A stretch of DNA of 64,000 nucleotides from Candidatus Saccharimonadia bacterium (GTDB lineage: Bacteria > Patescibacteriota > SICC01), in NCBI GenBank assembly GCA_025449535.1, contig JANWJF010000001.1:549136-613135 (forward strand), in the 5' to 3' direction. A program made the translations under genes and the position numbers. Position 1 is the first letter of the stretch, and the number at the start of each line of letters is the position of its first letter. Below, one piece after another: positions 1 through 8,695 of the stretch. The notes under the pieces were generated by a model. It was not told the origin of the DNA, did no database searches, and saw only the letters and a list, made by a program, of their open reading frames with translations.

Positions 1-213
1 ACCGCGGCCGGGGGAAAGAAGCTCCTCGAGATCGTCCGGGAACCCGGTTCGACGGATCGGCTCGACGTCACCTTGGTCGGACTGGTGGTCTCCGGCGTCG
101 TGGGCTACGCGACCATCAAGTATCTGCTCAAGTTCCTGGCCCATCACAAGCTGGACGTATTCGCCTGGTACCGGTTGGCGCTGGCGGCGGTCATCATCCT
201 GACGCTGCTGTAA
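1..213 (+). CDS. uppP: undecaprenyl-diphosphatase (UppP/BacA), C-terminal fragment; 5' end outside window
   Basis: Frame 1 runs from the window edge to TAA at 211-213. The translation ...VGYATIKYLLKFLAHHKLDVFAWYRLALAAVIILTLL resembles the hydrophobic BacA C-terminus. Confidence 0.5.
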   Translation, partial: TAAGGKKLLEIVREPGSTDRLDVTLVGLVVSGVVGYATIKYLLKFLAHHKLDVFAWYRLALAAVIILTLL

Positions 214-223
214 GCTGGAAGAA

Positions 224-640
224 ATGGACACGAACAAGACCGCCTATGTTGCCAGTCGCGTCCGCGAAGCGGACCGCGCCAAGGCCTTGGCGAAAGGACT
301 TGCGGACATCGGCTACCGGACCATCCTCGACTGGACGAGTTACGAGCCCAAGAAACCGTACCGTGAGAACCGGACCGCCAACCGCGAGTTTTCCATTCAG
401 GCGGTGGAAGCTGCTCGGGATGCCGACGTATTCGTCCTGCTAGATGCGCCGGGCATGGTCGGCGCGTACATCGAGACCGGTGTCGCGATCGCGGAGACGC
501 TCCGTAATCCGAAGAAGCGGGTGTTCGTAGCGGGTGAGCCGATGCGGGACTCGGTCTTCTTCAGCCTGCCATCCGTCGAATACGTCGACTCGACCGAGGA
601 GATCGTCGAGGCCCTGACGCCACAGAAGGCAGCCGTCTGA
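224..640 (+). CDS. nucleoside 2-deoxyribosyltransferase-like / YtoQ-like Rossmann protein (hypothetical)
   Basis: 138-aa ORF. The DADVFVLLDAP...G..ETGVA pattern is typical of the Nuc_deoxyrib_tr-like fold. Assignment is by motif only. Confidence 0.45.
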   Translation: MDTNKTAYVASRVREADRAKALAKGLADIGYRTILDWTSYEPKKPYRENRTANREFSIQAVEAARDADVFVLLDAPGMVGAYIETGVAIAETLRNPKKRVFVAGEPMRDSVFFSLPSVEYVDSTEEIVEALTPQKAAV

Positions 641-641
641 G

Positions 642-1277
642 ATGGTCACCGACTTCATCGAATGGGTCTCGCATCTGGCCGTCGCGCTGATCGAGTCGCT
701 CGGGTACTTCGGGATCTTCCTCGGCATGGCGATCGAGTCGATCAACATCCCCCTGCCGTCCGAGGTGCTGATGACGTTTTCCGGCGCCTTGGTCGCCCAA
801 GGCGAGTTCGACTTCTGGCTGGTGGTGCTGCTCGGCGCGCTCGGCAACGTGGTCGGGTCCGTCGGCAACTATTATCTGGCGGCGTACGGCGGTCGGCCGC
901 TGTTCGAGAAGTACGGGAAGTACGTCCTGGTGCATCACAAGGACCTTGAGCTGGCGGACCGTTGGTTCAAGAAGTACGGCCTGGCGACGGTCTTCTTCAC
1001 CCGGATGTTGCCGGTGGTCCGGACGTTCATCTCGTTCCCGGCCGGCCTCTCCCGCGTACCGATGGTGCCGTTCATCCTGCTGACCTTCGCTGGCTCCTTC
1101 ATCTGGTGCGTGTTCCTGACCTACCTCGGATTCTACTTCGGCGAGAACTACGAGGAACAGATCCGACCGATCTTCAAGCAGTTCGACCTGTTGATCGGAG
1201 CCGCCATCGTCGCGCTGGTGGTCTGGTACGTCCTGCGCCACTTCGATATCAAGATCTTCCGGCGCAAGGACCGGTAG
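642..1277 (+). CDS. DedA/SNARE-associated family membrane protein
   Basis: 211 aa with multiple TM segments. The LGYFGIFLGMAIESINIPLPSEVL motif is typical of DedA. ATG overlaps the previous stop. Confidence 0.8.
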   Translation: MVTDFIEWVSHLAVALIESLGYFGIFLGMAIESINIPLPSEVLMTFSGALVAQGEFDFWLVVLLGALGNVVGSVGNYYLAAYGGRPLFEKYGKYVLVHHKDLELADRWFKKYGLATVFFTRMLPVVRTFISFPAGLSRVPMVPFILLTFAGSFIWCVFLTYLGFYFGENYEEQIRPIFKQFDLLIGAAIVALVVWYVLRHFDIKIFRRKDR

Positions 1278-1439
1278 CCGTTAATTCTTGTTCGAACGAA
1301 GCGAGAACTGCATAGTTTGGAGTTCTCGGCCTTTGGCCTCGAACAATAACCAGTCGAGGTTATAATCCGTCCAGTCAGTCGGGCGGGATAGAGCGTTTAG
1401 AAAGAATAAACGCCCCATCCCGGAGTCCCCACTGCGTAT

Positions 1440-1772
1440 TCACGGTTCCTGGGGTTGCTGCCGTTGGCTTGATCGGGCTTGTCGTTGTCGGCGCCTCCGG
1501 CGGCCGGCGAACGATGCGATGACCCAGAGGATTCCGGCGAGCATCGCAACGATCGCGAAGGTCCGAATCTCCGAGTCGTAGTTGGCGCCGACGAAGGTCG
1601 CCGCGAATGCGACGGCCGCGATGACGAAACAGGTCTCTTTGGCGCCTTTCGGCATGAACAGTCCGATGAACGCGAAGAAGAGCGCGACGGTCCATCCGGT
1701 CTCGATCAACCCGGGGTTGAACGCGACCAAGACCAGGCACACCACTGCCAGCAGGATGACGAAACGGGTCAT
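1440..1772 (-). CDS. small integral membrane protein (hypothetical)
   Basis: 110 aa with three hydrophobic helices and a C-terminal Arg-rich tail. Clean ORF on the minus strand. Confidence 0.6.
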   Translation of the reverse strand: MTRFVILLAVVCLVLVAFNPGLIETGWTVALFFAFIGLFMPKGAKETCFVIAAVAFAATFVGANYDSEIRTFAIVAMLAGILWVIASFAGRRRRRQRQARSSQRQQPQEP

Positions 1773-1865
1773 CGGGATTTCCTTTCCTAGACGGTACGCA
1801 ATAAGGGACTGACTGGACGGATTTTCAAAGGACGGTGGGTAACCGTACCATATGCTTATTTTATT

Positions 1866-1900
1866 GACAACAGAGGCACTTTTTGATATTGTGAGCAGCT
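1866..1900 (+). promoter_or_regulatory. sigma70-like promoter candidate (TTGACA-N17-TATTGT) for the gene at 2010
   Basis: The sequence ttgacaacagaggcactttttgatattgt lies ~110 nt upstream of the ATG. An AAGGAGA RBS sits 6 nt before the ATG. Confidence 0.45.
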
Positions 1901-2009
1901 TCAGGCGACGGCTGGCAGCTTAACAAGGGAGTTCTTCGAGTGTGACACCAGGGCGGCCCGGCCGCTCCGGTCTCGCACTCGAAAGCTACCTACGACAAGC
2001 GAAAAGGAG

Positions 2010-2666
2010 ATGAGAGCGTTGAAGACCAGGCTCTTGCTCGCAGTACCGGCAGTATTCGCAGTGCTCCTCTGGGGCGTGGCTCCGGTCGGGGCGCAGGGAC
2101 CTTTCCATCAGGGAGCGTTCCCCGGGCTCGAGAAGTCTTCAGGCTCGCATCGCGCACAGTGCCCGGCAAACAGCAATCCCCATTCCAAGGGTGATTGCCA
2201 AAGTCGGCATGGACAGCTGAGTTCCGATGGTCTGTCCTACGCATGCGGATTTCCGACTATCCCGCATTCGGACTGTACTCCACCCCCGATCGACTACAGG
2301 CCGCCGGTTGCAACCGGCCACAACGAGCACCCGCCAGGTGACCCCTATTGGAGAGAACGCGAACTCGACAAGAAGGAGAAGCGTCTCGCCAGGGACGAAC
2401 GGTACGTCCTTAACTGGGAAGGCGAATTGCTGCAACGGGAAGACAAGGTGGAAAGGGTCGAAGCCGACTGGCAGGCTCTGCTCGCGGCCTGTCTCTTCGG
2501 ACTCTGGATCGGTGGCTGCATAGCGGCTGCTATCGCCGGATGGGCAATCAAGTACGACCCTGAAAAGAAGACGGCGGAAAAGATCCGGAACTGGTGGTTC
2601 TTCGCCCCGTGGGCAACCCTGTTGACTCTCTGGGCCTGCAACGCCATCGCGGGCTACATCATCTGA
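2010..2666 (+). CDS. secreted/membrane-anchored hypothetical protein (signal peptide, C-terminal TM helices)
   Basis: 218 aa. N-terminal signal MRALKTRLLLAVPAVFAVLLWGVAPVGAQG, then a Cys/Pro-rich region and two C-terminal TM segments. Confidence 0.7.
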   Translation: MRALKTRLLLAVPAVFAVLLWGVAPVGAQGPFHQGAFPGLEKSSGSHRAQCPANSNPHSKGDCQSRHGQLSSDGLSYACGFPTIPHSDCTPPPIDYRPPVATGHNEHPPGDPYWRERELDKKEKRLARDERYVLNWEGELLQREDKVERVEADWQALLAACLFGLWIGGCIAAAIAGWAIKYDPEKKTAEKIRNWWFFAPWATLLTLWACNAIAGYII

Positions 2667-2737
2667 AGCGTCAAATAAACCGATTCTATGAATCGGCCGA
2701 TCATTTATCCCCGAAAGGGTCTTTGGATCGGAGCAGT

Positions 2738-2758
2738 ACCTCTTCGGAGGTCTTTTTT
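2738..2758 (+). terminator. Rho-independent terminator (acctc-TTCG-gaggt followed by CTTTTTTG)
   Basis: A GC hairpin with a UUCG tetraloop is followed by a T6 tract 70 nt after the stop at 2666. A second hairpin ccgattc-tatg-gaatcgg lies at 2680-2697. Confidence 0.7.
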
Positions 2759-2762
2759 GATG

Positions 2763-3218
2763 TCAGTCGTTCCAGTGCCGCGGCACCAGGTCGAACGCGA
2801 ATAGCGAGGCGACGAAGGCGGCGACCAACGTGAGAAAGAGGGCCAGCAGGAGGGCGGTCAGCCGCGGATGCGTTTTCACGAAGCGGACCACCGCTTTGGT
2901 GAAGGAACTGTTCTTGGCGTTGTCCGCATGCTCGAGCGCCTTGGCCAGCAAGCGTTCCGCCCAGTGGAATTCCAGCGCCAGCAAGTAGAGACCGACCGGG
3001 ATCACGGCGAAGGCCGGCCCGGGCAGGGCCAGCAGGGCCAGGCCGGCGAACGTGATGACGCCGCCACCGACGATGGTCAGTCCGCGCACGAACTTGCTGC
3101 GCTGCCGGTGCTTCAGGCGCTTCTCGCGCAGCTTCGCGATCAAGGGGAACCGCTCCAACAATTCGTCGGGATCCAGCCGGTCCAACCGGCGCTTCCGTCG
3201 TGGTCGGGGATTTCCCAT
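2763..3218 (-). CDS. PGPGW-type small transmembrane protein (hypothetical)
   Basis: 151 aa with a basic N-terminus, two TM hairpins and an LALPGPAFAVIP motif. Confidence 0.6.
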   Translation of the reverse strand: MGNPRPRRKRRLDRLDPDELLERFPLIAKLREKRLKHRQRSKFVRGLTIVGGGVITFAGLALLALPGPAFAVIPVGLYLLALEFHWAERLLAKALEHADNAKNSSFTKAVVRFVKTHPRLTALLLALFLTLVAAFVASLFAFDLVPRHWND

Positions 3219-3603
3219 GCGCCCGGATGATACACTAAATCCCGTGGCTTCCCGGAATAAGCTGGCATTCTATTACTTCGCAGGCGCGATCGTCCTGTTC
3301 GCGATCGGATACGGCTTGGCTTGGTTCTCCGAGCAGCCTCTTTTCTCGAAGGAAGTGTTCCCGCAGAACATCCATGAGGAACCGAAGCAGGAACCCAGTC
3401 GGACGCCGCTGCCGGACGAAGGACAGCAAGGCGAAGCGACCGCCTCAGTGAAGCCGGGTCGGCAGTACGAGGTGCAGCCCGGCGACACGATCAGCTCCGT
3501 GGCCGAGGCGAACGACCTCAGCTTCGAGGAGCTGGCCCAGTACAACGACATCCCGTATCCGTACAACCTGGCCGTCGGTCAGGTGATCGTGATCCCGGAA
3601 TGA
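3217..3603 (+). CDS. LysM domain protein (membrane-anchored)
   Basis: The C-terminal YEVQPGDTISSVAEANDLSFEELAQYNDIPYPYNLAVGQVIVIP is a canonical LysM. The N-terminal TM helix is AFYYFAGAIVLFAIGYGLAWF. The start is ambiguous (ATG 3217 or GTG 3245). Confidence 0.65.
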   Translation: MRPDDTLNPVASRNKLAFYYFAGAIVLFAIGYGLAWFSEQPLFSKEVFPQNIHEEPKQEPSRTPLPDEGQQGEATASVKPGRQYEVQPGDTISSVAEANDLSFEELAQYNDIPYPYNLAVGQVIVIPE

Positions 3604-4874
3604 CAAAGCAAGCGTTCTCAACCCGCGTCCTGCCGAACGGCCTGACCATCATGACGGTCCCTCGCGAAGGCACCGAGGCCGCAACGGTCAGCTTCCTGTT
3701 CCGCGGCGGCAGCCGGTACGAGTCGCCGGAGACGAACGGCCTGGCGCACTTCAATGAACATATGGTGTTCAAGGGTGGCGAACGGTACCCGGATTACCGG
3801 GACGTCCGGAAGGCGTTCGACCAGGTCGGGGCCGTCAACAACGCCTACACCGGAGAGGAGATCACCGGGTTCTGGGCGAAGACCCCGGCGGCGCACATCC
3901 TCAACGTCGTCGACGTCTGGAGCGACATCCTGACCGCGGCGAAGTACGACCCGGCGGAACTCGACAAGGAGCGCGGCGTGATCGTCGAAGAGATCAACAT
4001 GTATGAGGACGATCCGGCCTCGGACATCCAGCACGTACTGGAAGTGGTCACTTTCCCGGACCATCCGTTGGGCCGGCCGACACTCGGTCCCAAGGAGAAC
4101 ATCCGCCGGTTCACGCCGGATGACTTCCGGGCGTACGACCGGACGCACCAGACGCCGGATCGCTGCGTCCTCACCATCGCCGGGAAGCTGGACGGCCTCG
4201 ACCAGGCCGTACTGGACGGGAAGCTGGAGGCGTTCACCGGCTCCAGCGACGTCGCTCCGGAACCGGCCCGGTTCAAGGGCGACGGACCGCGGCTCAAGCT
4301 GAAGCACAAGGAGACCGAGCAGACGCATCTTGCCTTCGCGCTCCGGGGACCGTCCCTGCGGGACGAGAAGCGGCGTGCCGTTTTCAGCATGTTGGCGCAT
4401 GTGCTGGGCAGCGCCAGCGGCCGGCTGTTCGACGAGGTGCGCGAGAAGCGCGGTCTGGCGTACTACGTCTACGCCGTACCGGACCAGCTCACGGACGCCG
4501 GCATCCTAGTGGTCGCCGCCGGGGTCCGCAACGACCAGGCCGTCGAGGCGACGAAGGCCATCGTCGGGGAGCTGAAGCGGCTCCGCGACGGCGACCTTCC
4601 TGACGACGAACTCTCGGTGATCCGCGAGTCGCTGCTGGGCCGGTTGGCGCTCCGCTGGGAGGATTCGCAGGCCCTGGCCGAGTTCTACGGACGCCAGCAG
4701 CTGCTACTCGGCAAGGTCCGGGCGACGGACGAACTGCTCAAGGAGCTCAAGGCTGTGACGGCGAAAGAGATCGTCTCGCTCGCCAAGGAGATCGTCCGGG
4801 ACGACGACCTCACGATGGCGGCGATCGGCCCGCAGGACGAAGGCAAGCTCAAGGCCGAGCTGTCGTTCGGGTAG
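3600..4874 (+). CDS. M16 family zinc peptidase (pitrilysin/insulinase-like)
   Basis: 424 aa. The HFNEHMVFKG motif is the inverted HxxEH zinc motif of the M16 family. The start overlaps the LysM gene stop. Confidence 0.85.
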   Translation: MTKQAFSTRVLPNGLTIMTVPREGTEAATVSFLFRGGSRYESPETNGLAHFNEHMVFKGGERYPDYRDVRKAFDQVGAVNNAYTGEEITGFWAKTPAAHILNVVDVWSDILTAAKYDPAELDKERGVIVEEINMYEDDPASDIQHVLEVVTFPDHPLGRPTLGPKENIRRFTPDDFRAYDRTHQTPDRCVLTIAGKLDGLDQAVLDGKLEAFTGSSDVAPEPARFKGDGPRLKLKHKETEQTHLAFALRGPSLRDEKRRAVFSMLAHVLGSASGRLFDEVREKRGLAYYVYAVPDQLTDAGILVVAAGVRNDQAVEATKAIVGELKRLRDGDLPDDELSVIRESLLGRLALRWEDSQALAEFYGRQQLLLGKVRATDELLKELKAVTAKEIVSLAKEIVRDDDLTMAAIGPQDEGKLKAELSFG

Positions 4875-4889
4875 CGCCCCGTCCCCCGG

Positions 4890-5303
4890 TCACTCCTGGT
4901 TCGGAGGGGCGAACTCGCGGAGCCAGGCCTCGGCTTCCGCTTCGGTCTCGAAGATCCTGACCTGGTTCGTCTTGCCGGTGATGTTGAGCATCAGCTGGCC
5001 CACGACGCGCAGCGAGGGAGCGACTCCGAACGCGGCGATCCGGTCGAAGTAACGCGTACTCAGGGTGTGCTTCATCTCGTTCCGGGCCGCCTGAGTCTGC
5101 CCGCCGATCTGCGAGAAATCGGACATGATCAGGACCGGCTCGTGCTTGGCCTGGAGTTCGGCGACGATCTGCTCGGTCTCGGCGGTCGACGTCTGTACCG
5201 TCTCCGCCGTCTGGTCGCCGACGTAGCGATGGCGGATCAGCCCGTTCTCGAGGGAGACGCGGACGGTACCGGAGCTGGCGGGGTCGGCGGTCATCATACG
5301 CAT
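4890..5303 (-). CDS. hypothetical protein (possible STAS-like fold)
   Basis: 137-aa ORF with coding-like composition, convergent with the M16 gene. No recognisable motif. Confidence 0.5.
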   Translation of the reverse strand: MRMMTADPASSGTVRVSLENGLIRHRYVGDQTAETVQTSTAETEQIVAELQAKHEPVLIMSDFSQIGGQTQAARNEMKHTLSTRYFDRIAAFGVAPSLRVVGQLMLNITGKTNQVRIFETEAEAEAWLREFAPPNQE

Positions 5304-5364
5304 TCTACCAAGTCACCGCCGTGGGGATGACGACCGGGGCCGAAAACCGCTAAGCTAGTACGGT

Positions 5365-5961
5365 ATGAAACAGATCAAGGAAGAACGCACCCTCGTGCTC
5401 GTGAAGCCGGACGGTGTCATGCGCGGCCTCACTGGCGAGGTGATCAAGCGGATCGAACGGCGCGGACTCAAGGTCGTTGCGCTGAAGATGGTACAGGTCG
5501 ATCGCAAGCATCTGGAGGATCACTTTCCCAAGGAGGACTCCTGGATGGAACGCCTCGGCGAGAAGGGACTGAAGACCTTTGCCGAGTATAAGATCGACCC
5601 TAAGGAGCACATGGGCACCGACGACAAGAAGCAGATCGGCAAGATCGTGAAGGACAGCCTGTTCGAGTACATGACCTCGGGCCCGATCGTGGCGCTGGTG
5701 ATCGAAGGCATCCACGCGATCGACATGGTCCGGAAGCTGGCAGGGAACACGTTGCCGGTCTTCGCCGAGATGGGGACGGTCCGGGGCGACTTCTCCGTCG
5801 ACTCGCCGGCGGTAGCCAACGTCGAGAAGCGGGCGATCAAGAACATCATGCATGCCTCCGAGACGCCGGAAGAGGCCGCCAACGAGATCGACCTTTGGTT
5901 CGACAAGGACGAGATCCACGACTACCAGCGCGCCGAGCAATCCGTCGCGTTCGATGCCTGA
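5365..5961 (+). CDS. ndk: nucleoside diphosphate kinase with ~40-aa internal insertion
   Basis: The ERTLVLVKPDGV, SGPIVALVIEG and NIMHASET motifs (with catalytic His) are present. It is 198 aa versus the usual ~140. Confidence 0.85.
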   Translation: MKQIKEERTLVLVKPDGVMRGLTGEVIKRIERRGLKVVALKMVQVDRKHLEDHFPKEDSWMERLGEKGLKTFAEYKIDPKEHMGTDDKKQIGKIVKDSLFEYMTSGPIVALVIEGIHAIDMVRKLAGNTLPVFAEMGTVRGDFSVDSPAVANVEKRAIKNIMHASETPEEAANEIDLWFDKDEIHDYQRAEQSVAFDA

Positions 5962-6412
5962 CGGCGGACCGCGACCGGGAATCAACTACGTAGGGATATC
6001 GACGTCTTTCTATTGCCACGACGGGAAGGGTCACTTCCTGCTGGCGCTTCGCGGAAAGAACTGCCGGGACGAGCAAGGGACCTGGGATCCCGGCGGCGGG
6101 CAGCTCGAGTTCGGCATGGCCGTGGATGAGAACGTCCTGACCGAGATCAGGGAGGAGTACGGTTGCGAAGGCACGATCCAGGAAGTCCTGCCGGCGTATT
6201 CTGTGTTCCGGGACCTGGACGGTGTCAGGACCCATTGGCTGGCGATCCCGCACTTCGTGTTGATCGAACGCGGTACGGAGCGCAACAACGAGCCGCACAA
6301 GTTCGATGACCTCGGGTGGTTTCCTTGCGGGGAATGGCCGCAGCCGCTGCATCAAGGGTTCGCCCAGGCCTACGAGCGGTACCGGGACCGGTTCGAGAAG
6401 TACCGAAGATAA
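5954..6412 (+). CDS. NUDIX hydrolase
   Basis: The ATG at 5954 overlaps the ndk end. The NUDIX-box region is GGGQLEFGMAVDENVLTEIREEYG. Confidence 0.7.
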   Translation: MPDGGPRPGINYVGISTSFYCHDGKGHFLLALRGKNCRDEQGTWDPGGGQLEFGMAVDENVLTEIREEYGCEGTIQEVLPAYSVFRDLDGVRTHWLAIPHFVLIERGTERNNEPHKFDDLGWFPCGEWPQPLHQGFAQAYERYRDRFEKYRR

Positions 6413-6470
6413 ACCCACCAGGCCGTCGAAAACATTTGCGTGCCTGCGGGTACTACAATGGTAGGCACCA

Positions 6471-6543
6471 GGCCCTGTAGCTCAGTGGACAGAGCGTCTC
6501 CGTCCTAAGGAGAGCGTCGGGGGTTCGAATCCCTCCAGGGCCT
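6471..6543 (+). tRNA. tRNA-Arg (anticodon CCT)
   Basis: Cloverleaf with acceptor GGCCCTG/CAGGGCC, a D arm, anticodon stem tctcc/ggaga with loop gtCCTaa, and T arm gggggttcgaatccctc. CCA is encoded. Confidence 0.9.
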
Positions 6544-6585
6544 CCAAAGCCGCCACCCCGCCGGTAGGGTATACTGTGTCCGCTA

Positions 6586-7821
6586 ATGACCATCCTGGCA
6601 GAAGCCGAAGGAGGAGGTCTTGCGCTGGAACTCGAGCGCGAGGAGGGGAAGGCCAATCTGGTAGAGACCGTCGAACGCCTCGCAGCGGAGCGGGAGCGGA
6701 TCATCGTATTGATCGCCGGCGGTTCCTGTAGCGGCAAGACGACGGCCGCCCGGGAGCTCGCGGAACGGTTCGGGACTGATGCGCTGCTGGTCCCAACCGA
6801 TTCGTACTATCACGGACGGAGCCGGCTGCCAGACCTGCTGCCGCCGGGACACCACGATAACTTCGATCATCCCGACGCCGTGGAACTCGACCGACTGGCG
6901 GCCGACCTTCGGGCGCTCCGCGAAGGCAGGGTCGTCGAGATGCCGAACTACCAGTTCGATACCGCCGAACGGGCCGAGCCGGTCACGGTAGGGCCGAAGC
7001 CGATCATTATCGTCGAGGGTCTCTACGCGCTAAGCGAGCCGCTCCGGTCGATCGGTCCGGACTACGGCGTCTTCTTCGACGCCAGCCGGCACGGTAAGTT
7101 CATCCGGCGGTTGAAGCGGGAAGCCGGTGGCGCGGAACGGGACACCCGCGAGAGCGTCTACGATATCGTGGCTCGGATCGCGGAAATGGTGGAGCCGATG
7201 TACGAGCGGTATGTCGAGCCGACCCGCGCCCACGCCGACTTGATTGTCCGCAACGATTACACGCCCGAGGAATCCGCCGAACTGCCGCGCGTCGACCAGC
7301 TCAAGCTGCGCTGCCCGGAGGGGTTCGCGCTGCCCGAGCCGTATCGGACCGGCCGCGCCGTCCGCCAGGTGGACCACTATTTCTTCGACCCGGCGATGGC
7401 AGCCGGCGAGACCCTCCGGATGCGCAAGGAAGGCTCCGGGCCGGATCGGACGATGACGCTGTCGTATCGGGTATCGGGCCACGAGCGGCTCCCGCTCTTC
7501 CGGGGCCATCTGTCCGCGGAAGTCTCGGAGGACGTCAGCGGGTTATTGGAGCGGCTATACGGCTCGCGGCTGTTTGTCGAGAAGCGGCGCACGGAATACG
7601 CGCCGCCGTGCCTGGAGGGCGGCACCGTACACGTCGACACGGACGTCGAGGCTCGCTCGAACGGCCGCCGTGCGGAACTAGGCACGTTCGCCGAGTTCAG
7701 CGCGGTAGGCGAGATCACGCCGGTGGAAGCGCTCCGCCTGGAGCGGTCCGTGGGCCGCGCGCCGGAGGACATCGTGAACCGGAGCTACTACCAGCTGGCC
7801 CGCGAGGCGCTCGTCCTCTAA
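6586..7821 (+). CDS. udk: uridine kinase-like P-loop domain fused to a C-terminal CYTH (triphosphate tunnel) domain
   Basis: N-terminal Walker A IAGGSCSGKTT with Udk/PRK-like spacing. The C-terminal ~200 aa (…RCPEGFALPEP…HYFFDP…ETLRMRKEG) resemble a CYTH fold by motif only. Confidence 0.65.
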   Translation: MTILAEAEGGGLALELEREEGKANLVETVERLAAERERIIVLIAGGSCSGKTTAARELAERFGTDALLVPTDSYYHGRSRLPDLLPPGHHDNFDHPDAVELDRLAADLRALREGRVVEMPNYQFDTAERAEPVTVGPKPIIIVEGLYALSEPLRSIGPDYGVFFDASRHGKFIRRLKREAGGAERDTRESVYDIVARIAEMVEPMYERYVEPTRAHADLIVRNDYTPEESAELPRVDQLKLRCPEGFALPEPYRTGRAVRQVDHYFFDPAMAAGETLRMRKEGSGPDRTMTLSYRVSGHERLPLFRGHLSAEVSEDVSGLLERLYGSRLFVEKRRTEYAPPCLEGGTVHVDTDVEARSNGRRAELGTFAEFSAVGEITPVEALRLERSVGRAPEDIVNRSYYQLAREALVL

Positions 7822-7848
7822 GGTCCGATAATCCGGTAGAATGGCCGC

Positions 7849-8013
7849 GTGAAAGAAAAAACACGCAAACGCGTCCATTTGGCGGTCATCTGGACCCTGA
7901 TCCTGATCTTCGCGGCCAGCGGCGTGCTGCTCTATCTGCCCGGTTTGAACGGAACCGGCGACTCGTCGGCCACTCCGGCGCCTCCCCAGCAGCAAGCTTC
8001 GTTCGGATACTAG
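7849..8013 (+). CDS. small membrane protein (GTG start, leaderless candidate)
   Basis: VKEKTRKRVHLAVIWTLILIFAASGVLLYLPGLNG... has one TM helix. The GTG lies 6 nt after a TAGAAT -10 box. The ORF track misses it because of the GTG start. Confidence 0.45.
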   Translation: MKEKTRKRVHLAVIWTLILIFAASGVLLYLPGLNGTGDSSATPAPPQQQASFGY

Positions 8014-8023
8014 CGGGGGCGGC

Positions 8024-8695
8024 ATGCTGAACCCGTTCGACATCACCATCCAGAACCAGGCGGATGACGAGGAGATCGTCCGGGTCTGGCGTCACCATCC
8101 GGTCACGCTGGTGCCGCCGGCGCTCCGGGTGATCGCCTTCGCGCTGATCCCGCTGGCGCTGCTGTTCATCACCGGCTTCGCCTTGTTCGGGAGCGCGCTG
8201 CTGTTCGGGCTGTTCGTCGTGATCCTGGCGCTGGTACTGACCTACGCCGCCTACGAATGGGTCAGCTGGTGGGGCGACGTCTACATCCTCACCAACTATC
8301 GGATCATCGACGTGGAGCAACGGGGGTTCTTCCACCGGAGCTTCTCGGAAGCGACCCTCGGCAAGATCCAGGACATCTCGCACGAGGTGTCAGGGTTCCT
8401 GCCGACGGTCTTCAACTTCGGGAACGTGCTGGTGCAGACCGCCGGCTCGCTTCCGAACATCGACCTTAACGACGTGAAGAAGCCGCAGGACCAGGCCCTG
8501 TATCTGCTGCGTGCCCAGCAGGCGTACTTGGAGAACGAGGACAAGGATATCTCCGCCGGGGAGCTGATCGAACTGCTGACCAAGCATCGCGGCCGGCTGG
8601 ACGAGCTGGCGGAGGAGGACCGCAAGCGGCGCAAGGACGGCATCGGCAAGCAGATGGACAAGAACCAGGGCAAGGGAAAGCCGAAGAAGCGATGA
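8024..8695 (+). CDS. membrane protein with bacterial PH (bPH_2/YdbT-like) domain
   Basis: 223 aa with two TM helices, then YILTNYRIIDVEQRGFFHRS typical of bPH_2, and a basic C-terminal tail. Confidence 0.65.
   Translation: MLNPFDITIQNQADDEEIVRVWRHHPVTLVPPALRVIAFALIPLALLFITGFALFGSALLFGLFVVILALVLTYAAYEWVSWWGDVYILTNYRIIDVEQRGFFHRSFSEATLGKIQDISHEVSGFLPTVFNFGNVLVQTAGSLPNIDLNDVKKPQDQALYLLRAQQAYLENEDKDISAGELIELLTKHRGRLDELAEEDRKRRKDGIGKQMDKNQGKGKPKKR

Noticed and set aside
561-1241. 226-aa minus-strand ORF (also 662-949 + and 962-1315 +) overlapping the DedA gene
   Set aside because: It is antisense to or frame-shifted from a gene with clear family motifs. Its translation is Arg/Asp/Glu/Gly low-complexity, typical of spurious ORFs in GC-rich DNA.
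3618-4400. 260-aa minus-strand ORF and 3845-4390 (-) inside the M16 peptidase gene
   Set aside because: Antisense to a gene with the HxxEH zinc motif, and Arg/Pro-rich.
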